A stretch of 64,000 nucleotides of DNA, taken from assembly GCA_964291405.2 (NCBI GenBank), contig OZ219926.1, positions 3,040,001 through 3,104,000 of the forward strand, in the 5' to 3' direction. Both the position numbers and the translations under genes were made by a program. Of the stretch, positions 55,985-64,000 are shown piece by piece. The stretch's first letter is position 1, and every line of letters begins with the position of its first letter. Under the pieces are notes generated by a model, which saw only the letters and a program-made list of their open reading frames with translations, searched no databases and was not told the origin of the DNA. The DNA comes from Thermodesulfobacteriota bacterium. Lineage in GTDB: Bacteria; Desulfobacterota; Binatia; Bin18.

Positions 55985-58900
55985 ATGCCCAGACTTGAAG
56001 AAATTACGCGCGGAGCGGTGGTCAAGGGAGTTCTGCCGGATGGTTTTGTGACGGCCGTGGATGTCAACTGGATCGGTTCAGCCGCTATTGAACTGACCTA
56101 TAAAGACAGTCAGGGCAGGCTGGGCAGTGAGCTGCTCTATCGGGATCGAGAGCCTGCTCTCGAAATCCTTGAGTCCGGGACGCCGTGGAGCTTCGATGGT
56201 GACCCTGCTCTTTTCCGCCTTGTATCAGAGGCGCACCGCATCCGTCTCGCCTATCTTTTCGATCCATTCCTGGCCGTGCACACCGCCCTTATTGACCCGC
56301 TGCCCCATCAGATTAGCGCGGTATATGAGACCATGCTTCCCCGCCAACCGTTGCGCTTCCTGCTGGCAGACGACCCTGGAGCGGGGAAAACGATTATGAC
56401 CGGGCTCTTAATTAAGGAATTGATGGCCCGTGGAGACCTGCAACGCTGTCTGATCGTTTGTCCGGGTAATCTCGTGGAGCAGTGGCAGGACGAACTCTAT
56501 CGGCGCTTTCATCTGCCGTTCGAGATCATGACGAATGACAAGTACGAGGCGGCACGCACCGGCAACTGGTTCACAGAGAACCCACTTGCCATCTGCCGTC
56601 TCGACAAGCTCAGCCGCAACGAGGACGTGCAGGAAAAACTGAAAGCCACCGATTGGGACGTGATCGTGTGTGATGAGGCCCACAAAATGAGCGCGTCGTT
56701 TTGGGGCGGTGAGATTCGCCGCACCAAGCGCTACCAGTTGGGTCAACTGCTGTCTACCGTAACGAGACATTTCCTCCTCCTGACCGCCACGCCCCACAAC
56801 GGCAAGGAAGAAGACTTCCAACTCTTCCTGGCCTTGCTTGACGGGGACCGCTTTGAGGGGAAATTCAGAGATGGCGTGCACTCCGTAAACGCTTCGGACC
56901 TCATGCGGCGCATGGTTAAGGAAGACTTGCTCAAGTTTGATGGCCGACCGCTCTTCCCGGAACGAAGGGCGTATACCGTTGAATATGAACTCTCCGAGGG
57001 CGAAATGGACCTGTACCGGCAGGTTACGGAGTATGTACGAGGAGAGTTTAATCGGGCCGAACAGCTCGCCAACGACGGACGCAAGGGTACGGTCGGCTTC
57101 GCGCTCACGGTCCTGCAACGTCGTCTCGCTTCGTCGCCCGAGGCCATCTATCAGTCGCTCCGGCGCCGTAAAGAGCGTCTTGAGAAACGCTGCCGCGAAG
57201 AAGAACTCCTGAAGCGGGGAGCGAGTGTTCGTATCGCCTGGCAAAAAGAAGTGCCGAGGCTGTCCGAAGACGACCTGGAGGATTTGGAGGACGCGCCGGA
57301 CCAGGAGGTCGAGGCTACCGAAGAGCGGGTGGTCGATCAGGCGTCGGCAGCGCAGACGATTGCAGAGTTGAAGGCGGAAATTACCATCCTGAAAGAGCTG
57401 GAACTGGTCGCTCTTCGGGTCCGTCAGTCGAACTCGGACCGGAAGTGGGATGAGTTGTCTCGGCTGTTGCAAAATCAGACCGAGATGTTCGATGCCCACG
57501 GCCATCGACGTAAGCTTATTATCTTCACAGAGCATCGGGATACGCTGAGCTATCTCCAGGAACGCATCAGCTCCCTGATTGGGAAGCCGGAAGCCGTGGT
57601 CGTCATTCATGGGGGTCTCGGGCGGGAGGAGCGTCGGAAAGCGGAGACGCTGTTTACGCAGGACAAGGCTGTCGAGGTATTACTCGCGACAGACGCGGCC
57701 GGAGAAGGTATCAACCTTCAGCGCGCCCACCTGATGGTGAATTACGACCTGCCGTGGAATCCGAACCGCCTGGAGCAGCGCTTTGGCCGCATCCACCGTA
57801 TCGGCCAGACCGAGGTCTGTCACTGTTGGCATCTTGTTGCCTATGAGACGCGTGAGGGCGAGGTCTACCGTCGCTTACTGGACAAAATAGAGGAAGAGCG
57901 CAAGGCGCTCGGCGGCAAGGTCTTTGATATCCTGGGGAAGCTGACCTTCAATGACAAACCGCTTCGGCATCTGTTGCTGGAGGCGGTTCGCTACGGTGAC
58001 CAGCCGGAGGTACGCGCCCGACTCGATCAGGTTGTTGAGCATGCGATGGACCATGATGCGCTGCGTGCCCTCATCGAAGAACACGCCCTCGCCCATGATG
58101 CAATGGACGCCACGCGCGTTCAGGCGATTCAGGAGGCGATGGAGCGTGCCGAGGTTCGACGGCTGCAACCGCATTTCGTCGCGGCATTCTTTATCGAGGC
58201 GCTCCAGCGTCTCGGAGGAACGGTGCGGGAGCGAGAGCCCAAACGATACGAAGTCACGCACGTCCCCGCTATCGTCCGAAACCGGGACCGCGTCATCGGC
58301 CTGCGCGACCCCGTACTCACACGCTATGAACGCATTACCTTTGAAAAGAATCTCATCAGCACTCCCGGCACTCCCCTGGCGGAGTTCGTCTGCCCCGGCC
58401 ACCCGCTGCTGGATGCCACGCTCGATCTGATTCTTGAACGCCACCGTGCTCTCCTCAAGCAAGGAGCGATCCTGGTCGACGAAGAGGATGCGCATGATGC
58501 CGTGCGAGCGCTGGTCTATTTGGAGCACGCTATTCAGGATGCCAGAACAGACCGGACCGGCAACCGACGTATTGTCTCTCGTCAGACTCAGTTCGCCGAG
58601 GTCACCGAAGACGGCCGTGTTTCGGGAGCCGGCTTCGCTCCCTATCTCGACTACCGGCCACCGACGGAGGCGGAACATACGCTGATTCAGGCGCTGAGTC
58701 AGCCACGTTGGCTGCGGGATGAGATCGAATCCCACGCCCTGAAATACGCGGTTCAGGACCTTGTGCCCAACCACCTTCAGGAGGTGAAGGCTCGCAAGGA
58801 AAAACTGGTGGACAAAACGCTGGCGGCCGTCAAGGAGCGTTTGACCGTCGAGATCAGTCACTGGGATCACCGCGCGGAACAACTCAAGCAGCAGGAGTTG

Positions 58901-59494
58901 GCGGGAAAGGTCAACGCAAAAATTAATTCCGGCAAGGCCCGTCAGCGGGCGGACGAATTGGCGGCCCGCCTTCAGCAACGGATGGACGACTTGAGGCAGG
59001 AACGCCAGCTCTCTCCGCTTCCTCCGAACGTCATAGGGGGGGCGATGATTGTCCCCATTGGTCTGTTATATCAATGGAACGGAACACCGTCCCGCGCCCT
59101 TCACGCTAAGGAAACCCGACGAGTCGAGTTGATCGCAATGAAAGCGGTCATGGCGGTTGAACGCGGACTCGGATTTGTTCCCCGCGACGTGTCGGCCAGC
59201 AAGTGTGGCTATGACATAGAATCCCGCGACCCCACGGGCGAAGCGCGGCTCCGCTTTATTGAGGTGAAGGGCCGAGTCCAGGGGGCTGACACCGTCACCA
59301 TCACCAAGAACGAGATTCTAAGTGCGCTGAACAAACCGGAACAATATATCCTTGCCATTGTCGAGGTTGACGGTGAGACCGCGCGAGCGACCACATATAT
59401 TCGCAAGCCCTTTGTCCGTGAGCCGGATTTCGGTGTGACCAGTGTCAACTACAAGCTGGCCGAACTGCTCGCCAAAGGGGAGGCCCCGCGATGA
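55985..59494 (+). CDS. SNF2-family helicase with C-terminal DUF3883/NOV_C nuclease-like domain
   Basis: [42 protein letters not shown]; C-terminal GYDIES...FIEVKGR. Confidence 0.94.
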   Translation: MPRLEEITRGAVVKGVLPDGFVTAVDVNWIGSAAIELTYKDSQGRLGSELLYRDREPALEILESGTPWSFDGDPALFRLVSEAHRIRLAYLFDPFLAVHTALIDPLPHQISAVYETMLPRQPLRFLLADDPGAGKTIMTGLLIKELMARGDLQRCLIVCPGNLVEQWQDELYRRFHLPFEIMTNDKYEAARTGNWFTENPLAICRLDKLSRNEDVQEKLKATDWDVIVCDEAHKMSASFWGGEIRRTKRYQLGQLLSTVTRHFLLLTATPHNGKEEDFQLFLALLDGDRFEGKFRDGVHSVNASDLMRRMVKEDLLKFDGRPLFPERRAYTVEYELSEGEMDLYRQVTEYVRGEFNRAEQLANDGRKGTVGFALTVLQRRLASSPEAIYQSLRRRKERLEKRCREEELLKRGASVRIAWQKEVPRLSEDDLEDLEDAPDQEVEATEERVVDQASAAQTIAELKAEITILKELELVALRVRQSNSDRKWDELSRLLQNQTEMFDAHGHRRKLIIFTEHRDTLSYLQERISSLIGKPEAVVVIHGGLGREERRKAETLFTQDKAVEVLLATDAAGEGINLQRAHLMVNYDLPWNPNRLEQRFGRIHRIGQTEVCHCWHLVAYETREGEVYRRLLDKIEEERKALGGKVFDILGKLTFNDKPLRHLLLEAVRYGDQPEVRARLDQVVEHAMDHDALRALIEEHALAHDAMDATRVQAIQEAMERAEVRRLQPHFVAAFFIEALQRLGGTVREREPKRYEVTHVPAIVRNRDRVIGLRDPVLTRYERITFEKNLISTPGTPLAEFVCPGHPLLDATLDLILERHRALLKQGAILVDEEDAHDAVRALVYLEHAIQDARTDRTGNRRIVSRQTQFAEVTEDGRVSGAGFAPYLDYRPPTEAEHTLIQALSQPRWLRDEIESHALKYAVQDLVPNHLQEVKARKEKLVDKTLAAVKERLTVEISHWDHRAEQLKQQELAGKVNAKINSGKARQRADELAARLQQRMDDLRQERQLSPLPPNVIGGAMIVPIGLLYQWNGTPSRALHAKETRRVELIAMKAVMAVERGLGFVPRDVSASKCGYDIESRDPTGEARLRFIEVKGRVQGADTVTITKNEILSALNKPEQYILAIVEVDGETARATTYIRKPFVREPDFGVTSVNYKLAELLAKGEAPR

Positions 59495-61137
59495 GCTGGA
59501 CCCCTGAAAAGGTCAATTTGGTACTGGGCGAGACGGAGGGAGAGTCACTTGAGTTCAAAGAGGCTCAAACGAGCTTTCAATTTGATGAATTAGTCAAGTA
59601 TTGTGCCGCGCTGGCCAATGAAGGTGGCGGGTCAATTGTCTTGGGTATCACGGACCGTCGCCCAAGACGGGTAGTCGGCTCCCAAGCATTCCCACAGCCC
59701 GAACGGACACGAGCCGGATTGATTGAGCAGCTTCATCTCAATATTTCATTCAACCTTGTCCAACATCCTGACGGGAGAGTCCTAGTCTTTGAGGTTCCAC
59801 CCCGTCCAATCGGAATGCCGATTAAGGCTGACGGTGTTTACTGGGCTCGCCAGGGCGACAGCTTAGTCGCTATGTCGGAAGGTCGGCTGCGGCAAATTTT
59901 CGCCGAATCGGGACACGATTTTTCGGCTGATATTTGCCCCACCTTGACGCTAGATGGGCTTGATGAGCAGGCCATCGAAGATTTCAGACGACGATGGATC
60001 GAAAAGAGTGGCAATCACGGCCTCGCCGCCTTATCCAAAGAGCAGTTGCTCGCCGATATCGAGGCAGTGACAGAAGACGGAGTGACGTATGCAGCGTTGG
60101 TCCTGTTTGGCAGTCGTCAGGCGGTACGTCAACATCTGGCACAGGCCGAGGTCGTTTTCGAGTATCGACCGAGCAACGCATCAGGACCGGCCCAACAACG
60201 CGAGGAATTCAATGCAGCCTTCTTTCTCTGGTACGACCGTTTATGGGAACTCGTCAATCTGAGGAACGACAAGCAGCACTTCCAATCGGGCCTGTTCATA
60301 CTGGACGTTCCCACTTTTTCTGAGCGGATCGTGCGCGAGGCAGTCCTGAACGCTGTCAGCCACCGTAACTACCAGCTCAGCGGAAGTGTCTTTGTGAGGC
60401 AATATCCACGCTCCTTACGCGTCGAAAGTCCCGGTGGATTCCCTGTTGGCATCAACGAATCAAATATTCTTGATCGACAAACGCCACGCAACCGACGCAT
60501 TGCGGATATATTTGCCAAGTGCGGGTTGGTAGAGCGTTCTGGTCAGGGTATGAACCTGATGTTCGAGACGAGCATCAAGGAAAGTAAATTGCGGCCCAAC
60601 TTCTCCGGGACGGACCAGTATCAGGTGAACCTGACGCTTGATGGTGAAGTGAGAGATACCCGTTTCCTGGAGTTCCTTGAAAAAATAGGTAGAGAGAAAC
60701 AGGAGTTGTTCAGTACCTCGGATTTTCTACTTTTGGATATTATCCACCGAGAAAAGCCTGTGCCGGAGAAACTGCAAACTCGTTTGCATTCGTTGGTCGA
60801 CATGGGCGTTATTGAACGTTTCGGTCGGGGTCGTGGGGTTCGGTATATTCTTTCCCGGAGGTACTATGCCCTGACCGGTCAAAAGGGACGCTATACACGG
60901 AGAAGGGGACTAGATCGTGATGCTAATAAGGCACTGCTTTTGAAACATATCCAAGAAAGCGTAAAAACTGGCTGTCCGCTGAAGGAATTGTTACAGGTTC
61001 TTCCTGCACTAACGAGGCCTCAAGTTCAGACCTTGCTTCGAGAACTCAGAAACCAGGGCGAAATTCACCATAAAGGAACCACACGAGCCGCCCTATGGTT
61101 TCCAGGGCTACCTTCTCCCCCTATTGCATCTAAGTAA
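59491..61137 (+). CDS. AlbA_2/Schlafen-like domain + HATPase_c_4 + HTH protein
   Basis: ESLEFKEA..ALANEGGG.IVLGI, REAVLNAVSHRNY, SPGGF, PRNRRIA, VERSGQG; ATGA overlap with the helicase. Confidence 0.9.
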   Translation: MSWTPEKVNLVLGETEGESLEFKEAQTSFQFDELVKYCAALANEGGGSIVLGITDRRPRRVVGSQAFPQPERTRAGLIEQLHLNISFNLVQHPDGRVLVFEVPPRPIGMPIKADGVYWARQGDSLVAMSEGRLRQIFAESGHDFSADICPTLTLDGLDEQAIEDFRRRWIEKSGNHGLAALSKEQLLADIEAVTEDGVTYAALVLFGSRQAVRQHLAQAEVVFEYRPSNASGPAQQREEFNAAFFLWYDRLWELVNLRNDKQHFQSGLFILDVPTFSERIVREAVLNAVSHRNYQLSGSVFVRQYPRSLRVESPGGFPVGINESNILDRQTPRNRRIADIFAKCGLVERSGQGMNLMFETSIKESKLRPNFSGTDQYQVNLTLDGEVRDTRFLEFLEKIGREKQELFSTSDFLLLDIIHREKPVPEKLQTRLHSLVDMGVIERFGRGRGVRYILSRRYYALTGQKGRYTRRRGLDRDANKALLLKHIQESVKTGCPLKELLQVLPALTRPQVQTLLRELRNQGEIHHKGTTRAALWFPGLPSPPIASK

Positions 61138-61281
61138 AAAAACTAAAGACCGCTTCTGATGCAATACTATTAGCGTAAGTCTTTGTATTTGAAGGGAATA
61201 TGAGATTTTCGATATTGCATATTTTGCAAGAATATAATTGCGAAGCTGCAATACAGTACGATTCATAAGGCATAGATAACG

Positions 61282-64000
61282 ATGCAACGACGAAAGAAAC
61301 TCATTGAGGTGGCACTGCCGTTGGAGGCGATCAATAGGGAGGCGGCGCGGGAGAAATCTATCCGGCACGGGCATCCGTCCACGCTCCATCTGTGGTGGGC
61401 GCGGCGGCCCCTGGCCGCGTGTCGGGCCGTCCTGTTCGCGCAGTTGATCGATGATCCGTCCTCAGACCCGCAATATCGGATCGGTCAGCGGGTCGATGAA
61501 GAGCGAGCAGGCGAAAAACGCGCCGAGTTGTTCAACCTGATTGAAGATTTGGTCAAGTGGGAGAACTCGAACAACCCGGACATCATCAACAAAGCCCGCG
61601 CCGAGATTGCCCGCTGTGTGGCCTCGCGCAAAATCGAACTGGGAGACCTCAAGCAAGCGACCGTCATTTTCGGGCGTGACGAGGGCCAGGAGCATCCGAA
61701 CGGCCCCATCTCTACTGCGGGTGTGACGGCCTACGAGATGGTACTGATGCGCTGCACCCCGGAGGCGGTGAACCATTTCCTGGTGACCTATGCCCCGCCC
61801 GTGCTCGACCCTTTTGCCGGCGGAGGCTCGATTCCGCTGGAGGCGCAACGGCTGGGCTTACGGGCGCATGCCTCAGACCTCAACCCCGTGCCGGTACTCA
61901 TCAACAAGGCGCTGATTGAGATTCCGCCCAAGTTTGCCGGACAGCCACCAATCAACCCCGCGTGGCAGCACAAACACCAATCGGAAAAGACGCTCAGTTC
62001 TACCTCCTGGCCCGGCGCGCGCGGCCTCGCCAAAGACGTACGCTACTACGGGGAGTGGATGCGCAACGAGGCGGAAAAACGGATCGGCCATTTATACCCC
62101 AAGGTGAAAATTACCCAGGATATGATAGACGCGGGCCGGGACGACCTGAAGCCGTATCTGGGACAGGAACTGACCGTGATTGCCTGGCTGTGGGCGCGGA
62201 CGGTCAGGTGCCCGAATCCTGGTTGCCAAGCAAACATGCCCCTGCTCACATCCTTCACTCTATCGGAGAAAAAAGACAAGGAGAGGTATCTGATCCCGGA
62301 AATACGCGGGAACGAACTCTTGTTCAAGGTACACGGAGCGGTTCCTGAGAGTCGATATAATGTATCAAAGGGAATGAAGCGTGGTGTATCCGGTATCTTC
62401 GAGTGTATTTTCTGCGGAACAGTAACGACGCGCAACTACACCGCAACTTTTGCCTGTGAGCGTGGTCTGGGAGCCATCCCAACCGCAGTTGTTCTTGAAG
62501 GAAACCGTGAAAGGGTGTACGTCCCAGCTCACTATTGTTCGTATCCAACAGAATTCCCGGATATAGATACTGTCGGTCTTGAGCCTGAACTTGCACCGAA
62601 TCCGCGTGATGTCTGGTGTAGAAACTTCGGATTGCTCAAGCCCGCTGCTCTCTTCACCCGGCGCCAACTCACTGCGCTGACAACTTTCGGTGATCTCGTA
62701 TCTGAGGCGCGGAAGCAAGTATTGGCCGATGCCCAAATGGCAAGCATACTCCCGGATGACGATACGCCCCTTGACGAGGGTGGTATGGGACCTCGGGCGT
62801 ATGCTGATGCCGTGGCGACTTATCTAGGACTTACTCTGAGCAAACTCTCAGATGCATCAACTTCGTTAACGAGATGGAGCCCGAAAAGGGACCAAGCGAT
62901 CGCAACCTTTGGGCGTCAAGCGCTACCGATGGTTTGGGATTATGCTGAGTCGAATCTATTTAACGGTAAAGCGGGTGATTTCGGTACGTCGCTCAACACA
63001 ATCCTTCGTACCCTTAACTCTTTCTGTCTAATTCCCAACTCCGGCTGTCAAACCTCTGTTAAGCAACATGATGTAACCTCACCCGTCACCTACTCTGGTG
63101 AGATTATTACCACCGACCCCCCCTACTACGACAACGTAGGCTACGCCGACTTGAGCGATTTTTTTTACGTCTGGCTCCGTCGGACTCTCAAAGGTGTATA
63201 TCCAAGTCTTCTATCAACAATGTTGACACCCAAGGCCCAAGAACTGATTGCCAGCTCATATCGGCATGAGGGAAGCAAGGACAAAGCGGCTCGCTTTTTT
63301 GAGGATGGGCTTGGCACTGCTATAGGCAAATGGCGTGAGCATGGACATGCTGATTATCCCACGACCATCTTCTATGCATTCAAACAGGCGGAAACAGATT
63401 CATATGGTACCGTTTCGACCGGCTGGGAAACATTCCTTACCGGTGTTATGCAACACAGGTTCACAATAACCGGAACTTGGCCTATACGAACTGAGCGTTC
63501 TGCTCGAAGTATTGCTGTGGGAACCAATGCCCTGGCCTCCTCTATTGTCCTCTCGTGTATCCCACGTTCTGCCGAGGCCGGTCTTGCGACGCGGCGTGAG
63601 TTTCTGAATGCGCTGACTCGTGAATTGCCCGACGCTTTGCGCACTCTCCAAGCCGGCAATATCGCGCCAGTGGATTTGGCCCAGGCCGCCATTGGGCCGG
63701 GCATGGCGCTCTTCAGTCGCTATGCCAAGGTCATTGAAGCGGACGGCTCGCCCATGAGCGTGCGCACGGCGTTGGCCTTGATTAACCAGGTACTTGATGA
63801 GGTGCTGGCCGAGCATGAAGGCGAATTCGATGCGGACACGCGCTGGGCCGTCGCTTGGTTCGAGCAGCATGGGTTTGAGGCCGGCGACTTTGGCGTGGCT
63901 GAAACGCTCTCCAAGGCCAAGAACACGTCCGTACAGGGGCTGGTGGATGCCGGCGTGGTGAAAAGTCGTTCCGGGACGGTGCAGTTGCTGAGCCGTGAGG
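61282..64000 (+). CDS. DUF1156 adenine-specific DNA methyltransferase, cut by window edge
   Basis: Manual translation MQRRKKLIEVALPLEAINREAAREKSIRHGHPSTLHLWWARRPLAACRAV; DPFAGGG near 61807, TDPPY near 63112; frame open to the window end. Confidence 0.93.
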   Translation, partial: MQRRKKLIEVALPLEAINREAAREKSIRHGHPSTLHLWWARRPLAACRAVLFAQLIDDPSSDPQYRIGQRVDEERAGEKRAELFNLIEDLVKWENSNNPDIINKARAEIARCVASRKIELGDLKQATVIFGRDEGQEHPNGPISTAGVTAYEMVLMRCTPEAVNHFLVTYAPPVLDPFAGGGSIPLEAQRLGLRAHASDLNPVPVLINKALIEIPPKFAGQPPINPAWQHKHQSEKTLSSTSWPGARGLAKDVRYYGEWMRNEAEKRIGHLYPKVKITQDMIDAGRDDLKPYLGQELTVIAWLWARTVRCPNPGCQANMPLLTSFTLSEKKDKERYLIPEIRGNELLFKVHGAVPESRYNVSKGMKRGVSGIFECIFCGTVTTRNYTATFACERGLGAIPTAVVLEGNRERVYVPAHYCSYPTEFPDIDTVGLEPELAPNPRDVWCRNFGLLKPAALFTRRQLTALTTFGDLVSEARKQVLADAQMASILPDDDTPLDEGGMGPRAYADAVATYLGLTLSKLSDASTSLTRWSPKRDQAIATFGRQALPMVWDYAESNLFNGKAGDFGTSLNTILRTLNSFCLIPNSGCQTSVKQHDVTSPVTYSGEIITTDPPYYDNVGYADLSDFFYVWLRRTLKGVYPSLLSTMLTPKAQELIASSYRHEGSKDKAARFFEDGLGTAIGKWREHGHADYPTTIFYAFKQAETDSYGTVSTGWETFLTGVMQHRFTITGTWPIRTERSARSIAVGTNALASSIVLSCIPRSAEAGLATRREFLNALTRELPDALRTLQAGNIAPVDLAQAAIGPGMALFSRYAKVIEADGSPMSVRTALALINQVLDEVLAEHEGEFDADTRWAVAWFEQHGFEAGDFGVAETLSKAKNTSVQGLVDAGVVKSRSGTVQLLSRE

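Noticed and set aside
56408-58978. 400-aa and 367-aa minus-strand ORFs
   Set aside because: Antisense shadows of the SNF2 helicase
61462-63926. Several short ORFs listed in the track
   Set aside because: All overlap the open DUF1156 frame starting at 61282

Overview
GC-rich bacterial chromosomal window, densely coding (about 58 CDS). I found no rRNA, tRNA, CRISPR array, integrase or transposase. Most genes are catabolic or redox: four luciferase-like (LLM) oxidoreductases, a molybdopterin oxidoreductase with a Kal-like hotdog lyase, amidohydrolases, SDRs, a cobalt-type nitrile hydratase operon, a Rieske oxygenase alpha/beta pair and a 2-oxoacid/acetoin dehydrogenase E1a-E1b-E2 operon. Housekeeping genes are leuCD, moaA, murJ, uup and cnoX. 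Accessory content: a Sel1-repeat protein, small TA-like modules and gene remnants, a lower-GC CobN/HmuS-like chelatase cassette, and at the right end a DUF1156/SNF2 restriction-like defence operon. The gene mix resembles host-associated (e.g. sponge) Binatia-like bacteria, but that is inference only. Best novelty candidates: (1) a dihydrolipoyl acyltransferase (E2) fused to a two-Cys OsmC-like domain in an operon lacking E3; (2) two NCS2 permeases with degenerate substrate motifs, fused to an RsbW-like GHKL domain and flanking murJ; (3) tandem secreted mini-proteins with symmetric Cx3Cx10Cx12Cx10Cx3C spacing; (4) an alpha/beta hydrolase that has lost both catalytic Ser and His, next to an LLM. 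All family calls come from motif recognition by eye; no database searches were run.
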